The notes under the pieces were generated by a model. It had not been told where the DNA came from and did not search any database. It saw only the letters and a list, made by a program, of their open reading frames with translations. A program made the position numbers and the translations under genes. A stretch of 64,000 nt of DNA from a bacterium. Lineage in GTDB: Bacteria > Chloroflexota > Dormibacteria > Aeolococcales > Aeolococcaceae. The stretch covers positions 33,675 through 97,674 of the forward strand of contig JAJZLL010000049.1 in the NCBI GenBank assembly GCA_021803465.1, written 5' to 3'. Below, piece by piece: positions 9,557-19,862 of this stretch. Every line of letters begins with the position of its first letter. Position 1 is the stretch's first letter.

Positions 9557-9940
9557 ATGTCACAGCGACAGGCCCGTGTCCTCTACGTGGAGGACCAAGA
9601 ACTTGATGCAGCTCCAATCATCCACACCCTGACTCCCCTGATGGCGGAGTTCCGCTGGGTAAAAAGTGCGAGGGAGCTTCGGGCAACTGCGCCAGAGTAT
9701 GCCCCGACCCTCCTCATCCTCGATGCTACGCTCGAAACTGACGGTCTCGAGTACTTCCAGGCAATCCGCTTCTCTCCAGAGCATCCGGATCTCGGAGTCA
9801 TTGTCCTCACAGATCCAGGCGACCGCCTGACTCGCGAGCGTGCGCAGCAGCTTGGGGCTGCTGCCGTGCTCTCGAAGCCCTTCACTCCTGAAGAGGTGCT
9901 CGCCACGATAGACCGCCTCATCGAGATAGGCTCGAACTAG
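9557..9940 (+). CDS. Stand-alone CheY-like response-regulator receiver domain
   Basis: VLYVEDQE acidic pair, phospho-acceptor LLILDATL, conserved SKPF lysine. 127 aa with no output domain. Confidence 0.8.
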   Translation: MSQRQARVLYVEDQELDAAPIIHTLTPLMAEFRWVKSARELRATAPEYAPTLLILDATLETDGLEYFQAIRFSPEHPDLGVIVLTDPGDRLTRERAQQLGAAAVLSKPFTPEEVLATIDRLIEIGSN

Positions 9941-10008
9941 GTCCGTACCTCCCGGGCGGACAATGGGGCATTTTGGGTGTTCAATGTCCGGAACTCTCCG
10001 TACGATGA

Positions 10009-11088
10009 ATGCAGGGTCATCAATTGGAGCAGAGCATGTCCGGTACTGATTGGTGGAATAAGGCGAACATCGCGGAGCGCAATGCTGCCATCCAGCTTTT
10101 TTCCCTTCGTCTTGACTCCCTCTCATCAATTGATCCCTTAAGGACTGCTTCCTCGCACCATGTTGCTCGAGCATCCCACCGGCTCTCTGAGACACTTGAT
10201 GACACAGGGGCTGCATTTCTCCCCTTCCCTGCAGGAGCGCATCTGCGTCTTGCCTGGAAAGCCTTCCTCAGGCACCTCTCGCGGAAGGATATGGACACCA
10301 TCCACTCCATTGCACGTCTCACTGCTGCCACTTCTCCCTACCAGCCGCTGATCCGGAGGCTCACTCCGACGCTTTCCCGCATGCACCATGATGCGGTCGT
10401 AAGCGGAACGGCGAACGAGCCCAGATCATTCCGCATAACACTCAAGGGACGAGAAGTGGCGCTCACGCCAGCAAAGGCAGGCTCCCCAGAACTCCTTCGC
10501 AGTGCACTCCTCCGGGACCGGGTGCGGGACGTTCCCGGAATCCAGCACATCATTGGCATATCCCTCCCTGAGGGTGTGCTGCTCGCAGAGCCTGCTGACG
10601 GCCAGGTGCTCAGTGCGATGGCCCTGAGCGAGCTTTCCCGCCTCAGCACCACACAGGCGCATGAGAATCTCATCCGGACTGTCTCAGCACTTGCAGCGCG
10701 GGGCTGTTCCATACCCACAGATGCGCGCGATGTGCTTGTGAACGACTCCGGCTTCGTCTTTGTCTCACTCGATGGCAGCTCTCCAGGCACAACCCTTCCA
10801 GAGCAGCTTCTGGGCATGTACCGGCAGCTCCGCAACCCGTACAGCAGGACACTTTCTCCCTACAGCCCTGAACTCATCCGTCGTGATGCTGCCTCACAGT
10901 GGACACATGTCGCAACCACCTTTCTTGGTGCTGTGCGATCCGTCTGCGGAACCCGTATGGAGAAGTCCATCACTGCTGTCCTTGCACGAACGCATGAGCT
11001 TCCCCCCAACCTTTCCAGGACCACTCCAGAGAAGCCATATCCTGTACAGGGCACAAGCATGAACCTCCGTGGAGCAGCTCTTTCCTGA
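10009..11088 (+). CDS. Hypothetical protein, possibly kinase-like
   Basis: 359-aa ORF. DARDVLVNDSGFVFVSLDGS resembles a kinase catalytic loop (D-x4-N) followed by a DFG-like Asp. Speculative. Confidence 0.5.
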   Translation: MQGHQLEQSMSGTDWWNKANIAERNAAIQLFSLRLDSLSSIDPLRTASSHHVARASHRLSETLDDTGAAFLPFPAGAHLRLAWKAFLRHLSRKDMDTIHSIARLTAATSPYQPLIRRLTPTLSRMHHDAVVSGTANEPRSFRITLKGREVALTPAKAGSPELLRSALLRDRVRDVPGIQHIIGISLPEGVLLAEPADGQVLSAMALSELSRLSTTQAHENLIRTVSALAARGCSIPTDARDVLVNDSGFVFVSLDGSSPGTTLPEQLLGMYRQLRNPYSRTLSPYSPELIRRDAASQWTHVATTFLGAVRSVCGTRMEKSITAVLARTHELPPNLSRTTPEKPYPVQGTSMNLRGAALS

Positions 11089-11171
11089 TCTCCTGGACGG
11101 ACACTGTAGCCACTTCGGGATAATGGAACTGCAGACCAGTCTGCTGAAGATTGGACATGTGGAGAGACTCG

Positions 11172-12239
11172 ATGACAACGACACTTGTCGTGCTCCATGG
11201 AGACCAGACGGGAGAGGAACTCCTTAGCGAGACGCTCCGGCTTGCAGATCCCTCACTTCTCCACTGCGCATTCGAGCTCAAAGAGTATGACTGCTCGCTT
11301 GCACAGCGCAGGGCCACAGCCAATGGAGTCGTTCGCGATGCAGCTGATGCCATCCGAGAGTACCGTCTCGGACTCAAGGCTGCCACCATCACACCTGAGA
11401 AGGCGGATGATGTGGGGAGCCCCAACGCCCTGCTTCGCGAACGTATTGGAGCCCAGGTCATCGTCCGGACAGGTAGACCCATTCCCGGCATTTCCTCCTT
11501 GGGCTCAGTGGCAACACCGATAACTGTCGTGAGAATGGCCGTGGATGATGCGTACAATGCGAAAGAGTGGCGCGAGGAGCAGGACGGTAACATTGTCGCC
11601 TACCGGACTGAGCACATTTCCCGCACAACCTGCATGGCAGTGGCCCAAACAGCTTTCCACTATGCATCCTCGTGTGACGGCATTGTGTTCGGCGGTCCGA
11701 AATACACGGTTTCTCCCATCTATGAGGGACTCCTCAAGGAAATGCTTGATGCGGCCCACGAGACATGGCCCCATGTCCGCTACGAGCCACAGCTCATTGA
11801 CGCAACGTACGCACTCCTCCTGAGACAGCATGGAGCTCCTCTGGTGATACCCGCCCTCAACCGGGATGGGGACTGCCTTTCCGACCTTGTGCTGGCCCTC
11901 TTCGGATCCCTTGCCGGTGCAGAGTCGCTCATTCTCAGGTACGGGCCCTCCCATGAGAAGCCTGAGGTGGTAGTCGCGGAAGCACCGCATGGAACTGCCC
12001 CAACGCTGGAAGGAAAGAACATAGCCAATCCCATGGCCATGATCCTGGCCCTCGCCTCCACCCTCCAGTACGCGGACGACCCCAAGGCTGTCGATGCTGC
12101 TGGGCGCATACGGGCTGCCGTCAATGGTGTCCTCCACAATGGAATCCGCACTGCGGATCTTGGCGGCACAGCAACAACTTCGGGATTTGTCGATGCAGTG
12201 CTCGATGCGCTTATGGAGACCAGTCCCACCCTGTCATAG
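11172..12239 (+). CDS. Isocitrate/isopropylmalate dehydrogenase-family enzyme
   Basis: C-terminal GIRTADLGGTATTSGFVDAVLDAL and overall IDH/IMDH-like sequence. Probable start MTTTLVVLHGDQTGEEL. Confidence 0.8.
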   Translation: MTTTLVVLHGDQTGEELLSETLRLADPSLLHCAFELKEYDCSLAQRRATANGVVRDAADAIREYRLGLKAATITPEKADDVGSPNALLRERIGAQVIVRTGRPIPGISSLGSVATPITVVRMAVDDAYNAKEWREEQDGNIVAYRTEHISRTTCMAVAQTAFHYASSCDGIVFGGPKYTVSPIYEGLLKEMLDAAHETWPHVRYEPQLIDATYALLLRQHGAPLVIPALNRDGDCLSDLVLALFGSLAGAESLILRYGPSHEKPEVVVAEAPHGTAPTLEGKNIANPMAMILALASTLQYADDPKAVDAAGRIRAAVNGVLHNGIRTADLGGTATTSGFVDAVLDALMETSPTLS

Positions 12240-12291
12240 CAGCAGCGCCATTGCGTACAATCGCATCACACACGCGAGGAATCCCTCACAC

Positions 12292-13476
12292 ATGTCATCC
12301 AGTACAGCCCCTATGCGGATCTACCTTGACCACGCAGCCACCACTCCACCTTCCCGCGCAGCAGTAGCTGCGATGCAGCAGGCGCTCGAAGAATGCTGGG
12401 GAAACCCCTCCTCCATCCATGCTGATGGCCAGCATGCCCGCATGATCCTTGATGGAGCGCGTGACACCCTTGCTGCGTTCACGGGAACAGGCGCACGGAA
12501 TGTTGTCTTCACAGCATCAGGCACGGAAGCTGACAATCTTGCCCTCACAGGAATCCTTGGCCGCTGGGGCAGTTCACGTGGACAGCATATTGTCGTCAGT
12601 TCCATTGAGCATGAGGCAGTACTCTCCACTGCTGAGGCTCTCGCAGACAGTGGAGCTGCCGAAGTGACAATGGTGCATCCTGACCATGACGGAGTCATCC
12701 AGCCATCAGCTGTTGCCCAAGCGCTCCGTCCAGACACTGTGCTCGTCTCGATCATGTACGTGAACAATGAGACCGGTGTCATCCAGGACATCCCCGCGAT
12801 TGCACGGACAGTTCATGCTGCACGTGCGGAGACCTTTGTCCATACCGATGCAGTGCAGGGAGCAGGATACCTGCCATGCGACATGGAGTCGCTCGGTGTG
12901 GATCTCCTTTCCCTGAGCAGCCACAAGCTGTATGGTCCCAAGGGCGCTGGCTGCCTTGTTCTCCGGGACGGTGTCTTTGTCGCACCGGTCATCCATGGAG
13001 GAGGACAGGAGCGGAACAGAAGGTCTGGCACGGAAGCGATACCAGCCATCGCCGGTTTTGCTGCTGCAGTCCGGGAACTTGTCGAACATCGAAGCGCATG
13101 GTGCATGGAGATGGAAAGTCTCCGCACAATGCTCACTTCTGAAGTCAGGAAGGAGCTGCCCGGGACAATCATTCCCGGCGAACGGGCGCAGCGGGTGCCA
13201 TCATGCGCATCGTTCGTATTTCCCGGCATTAGAAATGAGCTCCTTCTCACACGGCTCGATGCTGCTGGCATCTCCGCTTCTGGGGGGTCAGCATGCTCTG
13301 CAGGCACTACCCTCCCCTCGCATGTGCTCACTGCAATGGGGTTTTCCGATGAAGATGCACGCGGTCTTCTCCGCTGCACACTCGGACATGCAACCACCCG
13401 TGAGGATGCCAGGGCTGCTGCAGCAGCCATTGTCGATGCAGTCCGTGCGCTCAGCACATCCATCGCGGACGCCTAG
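12292..13476 (+). CDS. Cysteine desulfurase (class V aminotransferase, NifS/IscS-like)
   Basis: MRIYLDHAATTP..., a SSHKLYGPKG PLP-lysine region and a C-terminal SGGSACS active-site Cys loop. Start taken at MSSSTAPMRIY; the upstream part of ORF 12094.. overlaps the IDH gene. Confidence 0.85.
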   Translation: MSSSTAPMRIYLDHAATTPPSRAAVAAMQQALEECWGNPSSIHADGQHARMILDGARDTLAAFTGTGARNVVFTASGTEADNLALTGILGRWGSSRGQHIVVSSIEHEAVLSTAEALADSGAAEVTMVHPDHDGVIQPSAVAQALRPDTVLVSIMYVNNETGVIQDIPAIARTVHAARAETFVHTDAVQGAGYLPCDMESLGVDLLSLSSHKLYGPKGAGCLVLRDGVFVAPVIHGGGQERNRRSGTEAIPAIAGFAAAVRELVEHRSAWCMEMESLRTMLTSEVRKELPGTIIPGERAQRVPSCASFVFPGIRNELLLTRLDAAGISASGGSACSAGTTLPSHVLTAMGFSDEDARGLLRCTLGHATTREDARAAAAAIVDAVRALSTSIADA

Positions 13477-13515
13477 CCACTGCAATTCCGACCTCAGCAC
13501 TGGTATATTCTTAGT

Positions 13516-14028
13516 ATGGGAATCAGATTTGAGACGGGCGGGGTCTCCCTTCGTGTGACGGAGCGCGCACACTACGCTCTCCGCATGATGACAGTCCTCG
13601 CCAGACACTATCCGTCACGGGAACTTGTGAACCTTCGGGTCATCGCCGAGGAGGAGCGACTGCCCCATCCGTTTCTTGAGCAGCTCTCCATGCCGCTTCG
13701 GCATGCAGGACTTGTCCACAGCGTACGGGGCGTGAAGGGAGGATACATCCTTGCCCGTGATCCCTCAGAGATCTCCCTGTATGACATCGTTGTGGCAACT
13801 GATGGGCCCATTGCGCCTGTCGACTGCCTGGCTCCCCAGTATGTCGAAGGCAGTTGTCCCATGGACAGCCACTGTGTCACAGCTGGCGTGTGGGGGGATC
13901 TCCAGCTTGCCATCATCGCTTTTCTCCAGTCGAAGTCTCTTGACCTTATTGCGGAAAGCACTCCCATCCGTCGTACGCCCCTTGGCACCATTGCTCTCGT
14001 TCCAGACACACAGGTGAATGCATCATGA
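13516..14028 (+). CDS. Rrf2-family (IscR-like) transcriptional regulator
   Basis: TERAHYALRMMTVLA HTH N-terminus and three spaced Cys (CLAP...C....C). 4-nt overlap with sufC. Alternative GTG start at ~13555. Confidence 0.85.
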   Translation: MGIRFETGGVSLRVTERAHYALRMMTVLARHYPSRELVNLRVIAEEERLPHPFLEQLSMPLRHAGLVHSVRGVKGGYILARDPSEISLYDIVVATDGPIAPVDCLAPQYVEGSCPMDSHCVTAGVWGDLQLAIIAFLQSKSLDLIAESTPIRRTPLGTIALVPDTQVNAS

Positions 14029-14804
14029 CTGTTCGCGGACTATCCATTGACAATCTCCACGTCCGGATCGGAGAGACGGACATCCTCCGTGGCGTGACCC
14101 TTGAAGTGCCAGAGGGAGAAGTGCATGCCCTCATGGGCCCAAACGGTTCTGGTAAGAGCACTCTTGCCTACACGATCATGGGACATCCTTCATACACCAT
14201 CACCCGGGGGACAGTCTCCCTCAATGGCACCTCCCTTGGCGAGCTTTCTCCTGAAGAACGGGCACGACTCGGACTCTTCCTCTCTCCCCAGTACCCGACA
14301 GCCATTCCTGGGGTCACTGTCGTGAATTTCCTGAGAGCTTCGCTCAGGGGTCTTGGCAAGGAGCTTCCTGCACGGGCTTTCCTCTCGAGACTTTCGGAAA
14401 CAATGGCATCCCTCCACATGGACGACAGTTTCCGTGGCAGATACATCAATGACGGCTTTTCCGGAGGCGAGAAAAAGCGGACGGAGATTCTCCAGCTCGC
14501 TCTTCTTGAACCAGTATTCGCAGTGCTTGATGAGACGGACTCCGGTCTTGATGTCGATGCGCTGCGTACTGTGGCCGAGGGCGTCAACCGGGTCCGGACA
14601 CCAGAACTTGGCATCCTGCTCATCACCCACTACAACAGGATTCTTGAGCACCTGAAGCCTGACGTGATCCACCTTCTCTACAAGGGACAGATCGTGGCTG
14701 CAGGAGGTCCAGAAATGGCTCAGGAAATCGAGAAGTCAGGATACGCTCCATTCATTGGAACGGGTGCGGAGCCAGAGCCGATGGGAGCACATCATGGCAA
14801 TTGA
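14025..14804 (+). CDS. sufC: Fe-S cluster assembly ATPase SufC
   Basis: Walker [13 protein letters not shown] signature [17 protein letters not shown] region typical of SufC. Confidence 0.9.
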   Translation: MTVRGLSIDNLHVRIGETDILRGVTLEVPEGEVHALMGPNGSGKSTLAYTIMGHPSYTITRGTVSLNGTSLGELSPEERARLGLFLSPQYPTAIPGVTVVNFLRASLRGLGKELPARAFLSRLSETMASLHMDDSFRGRYINDGFSGGEKKRTEILQLALLEPVFAVLDETDSGLDVDALRTVAEGVNRVRTPELGILLITHYNRILEHLKPDVIHLLYKGQIVAAGGPEMAQEIEKSGYAPFIGTGAEPEPMGAHHGN

Positions 14805-16194
14805 CGCGGAACATCTCTCAAAGGAATACCAGTACGGCTTCCATGATGAGGACGCATCGGTGTTCCGCACGGAAAAGGGGCTTTCCGAGGAAGTCATCCG
14901 GGCCATCTCCACACGGAAGAAAGAGCCTGAGTGGATGCTCCGGTTTAGGCTCAAGGCATACAAGCACTTCATGGCACGGCCGATGCCTTCCTGGGGCGCA
15001 GACCTCTCCGGCATTGACTTTGACAATATCTACTATTACGTGAAGCCAACGGACCAGCAGGGTCGCTCCTGGGACGAGGTGCCCGAACAGATCAAGACGA
15101 CCTTTGACAGGTTGGGCATTCCGGAAGCGGAACGGAAGTTTCTTGCAGGTGTCAGTGCGCAGTATGACTCTGAGGTTGTGTACCACAATATTAAAGGAGA
15201 GCTTGAGAAGCAGGGCGTCATCTTCTCCGACTGCGACAGCGGCCTCCGTGACCATGAAGAGATCTTCCGCAAGTACTTCTCAACCATCATTCCCCCGAAT
15301 GACAACAAGTTTGCTGCACTCAACAGCGCAGTCTGGTCTGGCGGCTCGTTTGTCTATGTGCCGCCAGGTGTCCATGTCGACATCCCGCTCCAGGCATACT
15401 TCCGCATCAACAGCGACAACATGGGACAGTTTGAGCGGACTCTCATCATTGCGGATCGGGGGTCACATGTCCACTACATTGAGGGCTGCACAGCACCGAC
15501 CTATTCAGCAGATTCCCTCCACTCCGCTGTTGTCGAGCTCATTGCCCTCGAGGATGCGCACATCAGGTACACCACGATCCAGAACTGGTCAAACAATGTG
15601 TACAACCTCGTCACCAAACGGGCTGTCGCCCAGGCTGGAGCAACGATCGAATGGATCGATGGCAACCTTGGCAGCAAAGTCACAATGAAGTACCCTTCCA
15701 TCTACCTCATGGGGGAACGGGCTCATGGGGAAGTCCTCTCTGCAGCCTTTGCTGGAAGTGGCCAGCATCAGGATGCAGGTGCGAAGTGCATCCATGTTGC
15801 TCCGAACACAACAAGCAACATCGTCTCGCGATCCATTAGCAAGGGCACTGGCCGCACGTCGTACCGGGGCCACATCGTGGTCAACGAGAAGGCTGACAAT
15901 GTCAAGTGCAATGTCCGCTGCGATGCGCTACTTCTTGACGAAACATCGCGCAGCGACACGTATCCCTACATGGACATAAAGAATCCCAATGTGGAGATTG
16001 GCCATGAGGCAAGCGTGAGCAAGGTTGGCGAGGACCAGCTCTTCTACCTGCGGAGCAGAGGCATCTCCGAGCAGGATGCAACAGCACTCATTGTCAATGG
16101 ATTCTTTGAGCCCTTCGTGAAGGAGCTTCCGATGGAATACGCTGTCGAGCTCAACCGGCTTCTCGCAGTCCAGATGGACAATGCTGTCGGATAG
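14794..16194 (+). CDS. sufB: Fe-S cluster assembly protein SufB
   Basis: ~466 aa with SufB-like conserved core. Start [12 protein letters not shown] overlaps the sufC end. Confidence 0.9.
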   Translation: MAIDAEHLSKEYQYGFHDEDASVFRTEKGLSEEVIRAISTRKKEPEWMLRFRLKAYKHFMARPMPSWGADLSGIDFDNIYYYVKPTDQQGRSWDEVPEQIKTTFDRLGIPEAERKFLAGVSAQYDSEVVYHNIKGELEKQGVIFSDCDSGLRDHEEIFRKYFSTIIPPNDNKFAALNSAVWSGGSFVYVPPGVHVDIPLQAYFRINSDNMGQFERTLIIADRGSHVHYIEGCTAPTYSADSLHSAVVELIALEDAHIRYTTIQNWSNNVYNLVTKRAVAQAGATIEWIDGNLGSKVTMKYPSIYLMGERAHGEVLSAAFAGSGQHQDAGAKCIHVAPNTTSNIVSRSISKGTGRTSYRGHIVVNEKADNVKCNVRCDALLLDETSRSDTYPYMDIKNPNVEIGHEASVSKVGEDQLFYLRSRGISEQDATALIVNGFFEPFVKELPMEYAVELNRLLAVQMDNAVG

Positions 16195-16197
16195 GGG

Positions 16198-17436
16198 ATG
16201 ACCATGACACTTCTTGCCTCTCCCCCTCACATTACTGATGGCGCCTCCAAACGTCTTGCTGAGGGCAGCCAGGAATCAGTGAAGCTCAGGGCGGATGCCT
16301 GGGAAACGCTTCAGCATCTGCCTGTGCCAGCACATCAGGATGAGGACTGGAGAAGGACGGATCCTCGCCCCTTTCTTGCCCGGCTTGACCAGCCTCTTGC
16401 TGACACCAGCTATCTCGTCAGGAAAAGCTCTCTCCCAACCACGGGAGTGCACATCTCCCCGCCTGGTGCAGCAGCAGGAGCTTCGGACAGCGTTCCGGCA
16501 ATGGTGGCGCTTCCTGACAGCCTGCATTCCCGATATTTCACCACTCTCTGGAAGGCGCTCCATGATGGAGGAACTGCCATCGACATCGCTCCTGGCTCTG
16601 CTCCCGAAGCACCTGTAGAGGTCGAGCTCAGCAGCTCAGCATCCGGGTCGATGCACCTTCCTCTTGTCTTCATCCATGTTGGCGCCCATTCTTCACTGAC
16701 TGTGCATCTCCGTGAACGCTTTTCCCATGACAGCGCTCTCATTCTTGGTGGAACTGTCATCGTTCTCGATGATGGCGCCACCTGCACACTCATCCAGTCG
16801 ACCTCAGCAGCCCCTGATGCGCTCCTTTCTGGGTTTCATCACATCGTTCTCGGCAGAGATTCGTCCTTTGAGGGCGTTCTTCTCCGGAACGGGGGCGGGA
16901 GTTCCAAGCACTACCTTGACATAGATCTCGCTGGTGCTGGATCCACAGGCATTCTCACTGCGCTCGATCTGCAGAACGGGGATGTCCACAGGGATCTCCA
17001 GACCCTTCAGCTGCATCGAGCTCCTTCCACCACAAGCTCGTTCCTCGTCCGCAATGTTGTCGATGACCATGCCCACAGCGTCTACTCCGGGCTCATTGAT
17101 GTCTCCGAAGAAGCAGTGAAGACTGACGGTTACGTGCAGAACCGGAATCTCCTCCTCTCCAGGACAGCCCAGGCGGACAGCGTGCCAAGACTTGAAATCA
17201 AGGCGAATGATGTGAAGTGTGGCCACGGCACCACTGCAGGCCACGTAGACCACGAACAGCTCTTCTATCTCGAGTCCCGGGGCATCTCCAGGGAAACCGC
17301 AAGCCGCATGATCATCCAAGGCTTTCTTCTTGAGGGCTGCGCACATATGCGGTCTCCCGAAGCCCGGGCTGCAGCGGAAGCCTTCGTTGCTCAGTTTGCT
17401 CCTGACATGTCATCCCAGGAGAACCCCAATGAGTGA
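16198..17436 (+). CDS. sufD: Fe-S cluster assembly protein SufD
   Basis: 412 aa SufB/D-family C-terminal region, positioned after sufB. Confidence 0.85.
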   Translation: MTMTLLASPPHITDGASKRLAEGSQESVKLRADAWETLQHLPVPAHQDEDWRRTDPRPFLARLDQPLADTSYLVRKSSLPTTGVHISPPGAAAGASDSVPAMVALPDSLHSRYFTTLWKALHDGGTAIDIAPGSAPEAPVEVELSSSASGSMHLPLVFIHVGAHSSLTVHLRERFSHDSALILGGTVIVLDDGATCTLIQSTSAAPDALLSGFHHIVLGRDSSFEGVLLRNGGGSSKHYLDIDLAGAGSTGILTALDLQNGDVHRDLQTLQLHRAPSTTSSFLVRNVVDDHAHSVYSGLIDVSEEAVKTDGYVQNRNLLLSRTAQADSVPRLEIKANDVKCGHGTTAGHVDHEQLFYLESRGISRETASRMIIQGFLLEGCAHMRSPEARAAAEAFVAQFAPDMSSQENPNE

Positions 17437-17767
17437 CTGGATCCGCCTTGCTGATGCTGCAGACTGTCCCCCTGGGTATGCTGTCAGGTTTGAGATTGGC
17501 GACACCCTCATCGCATGCTTCAATGCAGCTGGCACATACTACGTCACGGATGACACCTGCTCGCACGCACAGGCATCGCTTGCGGAAGGCGACCTTGACG
17601 AGGAGCGCTGCACCATAGAGTGCCCGCTCCATGGCTCCTGCTTCGATCTCCGCACGGGAGAACCCCTCAGCCTTCCAGCAACAGAGCCTGTCAGCATCTA
17701 CCCTGTCCGAGCAGATGACAGCGGCATCTATGTCATGCTCGAGACAGCAGCGGAGCGCCACGCATGA
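17429..17767 (+). CDS. Rieske [2Fe-2S] ferredoxin-like protein embedded in the suf operon
   Basis: CSHAQASL...CPLHGSCF (CxH...CxxH Rieske ligands). Starts at MSDWIRL, overlapping the sufD end. Confidence 0.8.
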   Translation: MSDWIRLADAADCPPGYAVRFEIGDTLIACFNAAGTYYVTDDTCSHAQASLAEGDLDEERCTIECPLHGSCFDLRTGEPLSLPATEPVSIYPVRADDSGIYVMLETAAERHA

Positions 17768-19068
17768 CAACTTCTGCCCATCCTTTGGCCCACTTCGATG
17801 TCCAAGAGATCCGGAAGGATTTTCCCATCCTCAACGATGGCACCCGCACGCGGCCACTCAGCTACCTCGACTCCGCTGCCACTTCGCAGAAGCCCGCTGT
17901 CGTTCTCAATGCCATGCACGACTACTATGTGCATGCAAATGCGAATGTCCATCGGGGAGTCCATGAGCTTGGCGATGCAGCAACCTCACGGTTCGAGCAT
18001 GCCCGGCACAGGGTTGCACGATTCCTCAATGCGGATCCCCGTGGGCTCATCTTCGTCAGAAACACGACAGAGGCGCTCAATCTTGTGGCAACCGGCATTG
18101 CGCGCCAGGGTGGGCTCATGGCATCGGACCGTGTTGTTCTGTCCGTCCTTGAACATCACAGCAACATCGTCCCGTGGCAGCTGGAACGCTCCACACATGG
18201 CTTTGCCATCGCAGCAATTCCCCTCCATCCCGATGGTACTCTCGACATGGATGAAGCCAGGAAACTGCTTGCTCCGCCCACCAAACTTCTGAGCATCACG
18301 TATCAGTCAAATGTTCTGGGCACGGTGACTCCTCTCAAAGAGCTCATTGCCATGGCACATGAAGCAGGTATCCTTGTGGCAGTCGATGGTGCCCAGCGAG
18401 TTCCCCATGCCCGTGTCGACATGAAGGATCTCAACTGCGACTTCTTTGCAATGAGCGGACACAAGGTGTACGGCCCCATGGGAAGTGGCATACTCTGGGG
18501 CAAACCAGAGCTCCTTTCCTCGATGAGTCCCTTTCTCGGTGGGGGCAGCATGATCGACACAGTCACCTTCGAACGCACCACCTGGGCAGAACTCCCACAG
18601 AAGTTTGAGGCGGGAACCCCCGATGTTGCAGCGGCAGTTGGCCTTGCAGCTGCATGTGACTACATCGACTCGCTCACCTACGAGGCAATCGAAGCCCATG
18701 AGAAGGATCTCATGCAGCATCTACTTCACATGCTCGACTCTCTACCCTACATCGATGTCTACGGACCCAACGACCGCGAGCGCATTGTGGGAGCAGTCTC
18801 CTTCAATGTCCGTGGCGTGCACGCACATGATGTCGGCACCATCTGTGACCGTCACGGAGTCGCAATCCGAGTCGGACACCACTGCTGCCAACCGCTTATG
18901 CGGCACCTTGGAGTGCCAGCAACTGCACGGGCTAGTGTTGCCGCATACGTGACGCATGACGATATAGATAGCCTGGGCGAAGCGCTTGCGGATGTCGCAT
19001 CCATATTTGGACAAGTCATCACGCAGCACACATCGCCCGCTTCTCAAATGGAGCACCGCCATGCCTGA
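17764..19068 (+). CDS. sufS: Cysteine desulfurase SufS
   Basis: Group II desulfurase features: HKVYGPMGSG, C-terminal RVGHHCCQPLM active-site Cys. Confidence 0.9.
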   Translation: MTTSAHPLAHFDVQEIRKDFPILNDGTRTRPLSYLDSAATSQKPAVVLNAMHDYYVHANANVHRGVHELGDAATSRFEHARHRVARFLNADPRGLIFVRNTTEALNLVATGIARQGGLMASDRVVLSVLEHHSNIVPWQLERSTHGFAIAAIPLHPDGTLDMDEARKLLAPPTKLLSITYQSNVLGTVTPLKELIAMAHEAGILVAVDGAQRVPHARVDMKDLNCDFFAMSGHKVYGPMGSGILWGKPELLSSMSPFLGGGSMIDTVTFERTTWAELPQKFEAGTPDVAAAVGLAAACDYIDSLTYEAIEAHEKDLMQHLLHMLDSLPYIDVYGPNDRERIVGAVSFNVRGVHAHDVGTICDRHGVAIRVGHHCCQPLMRHLGVPATARASVAAYVTHDDIDSLGEALADVASIFGQVITQHTSPASQMEHRHA

Positions 19069-19495
19069 GGATGACCTTTACCGGGAAATCATACTTGAGC
19101 ACGCGTCCCACCCCCACCACCATGGCACTGTGACTTCCGCAACGCATACCACCGAAGGTCGTAATCCTGTCTGTGGAGACGAGATAGCTCTCAGCTGGAA
19201 TGAGAAGGATGGCAAAGTCAGCGACATTGCGTTTGATGGTACTGGCTGCTCCATAAGCCAGGCAGCTGCGAGCATACTCTGCGACAGCGTCATAGGCCTT
19301 CCCACTTCCCAGGCATTGGCATGCGCACGGTCATTCCGCGCAATGCTCGTTGAAGGAACGGCGCCAGAAGATGACATGTCGGACATGGCAGCACTTCAAG
19401 GTGTCCAGGCATATCCTGCCCGCGTGAAGTGCGCGCTTCTTGCCTGGAATCTTCTTGCAGAGTCACTTGAAGCGGAGGAACAATCCCATGACTGA
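19061..19495 (+). CDS. sufU: Fe-S scaffold SufU/IscU-like (NifU N-terminal domain)
   Basis: RNPVCGDEIAL...GTGCSISQA Cys ligands. Start MPEDDLYREIILEH. Confidence 0.85.
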   Translation: MPEDDLYREIILEHASHPHHHGTVTSATHTTEGRNPVCGDEIALSWNEKDGKVSDIAFDGTGCSISQAAASILCDSVIGLPTSQALACARSFRAMLVEGTAPEDDMSDMAALQGVQAYPARVKCALLAWNLLAESLEAEEQSHD

Positions 19496-19862
19496 ACACA
19501 ACGATTCCTCTTCCCCCGCTCCGGATGAAGCCGCAACGGCAACACCGATTCCAACTGCAGCTTCGGAAGACCTCGTGTATGATGCACTGCGCAACATCTA
19601 TGATCCTGAGCTTGGCATAGACATCGTCTCCCTTGGACTGGTGTATGGTGTTGCCCTTGATGAAAACGGTACGCTTGTCGTCGACATGACACTCACCTCT
19701 CCCTACTGTCCTCTGGGAGACATCATCGAGGTGCAGGCGCAGTCCATCTGCTCGTCATTGCCCGGAGTCAACCAGACGCTCATCAACTTCGTGTGGACAC
19801 CACCCTGGGATCCTCGCACAATGGCATCAGATGAAGCCAAGCTGGATCTCGGTATCTACTGA
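19488..19862 (+). CDS. SufT-like DUF59/MIP18-family Fe-S assembly protein
   Basis: VYDALRNIYDPELGIDIVSLGLVYGV...LTSPYCPLG is the DUF59 signature. Start MTEHND. Confidence 0.8.
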   Translation: MTEHNDSSSPAPDEAATATPIPTAASEDLVYDALRNIYDPELGIDIVSLGLVYGVALDENGTLVVDMTLTSPYCPLGDIIEVQAQSICSSLPGVNQTLINFVWTPPWDPRTMASDEAKLDLGIY

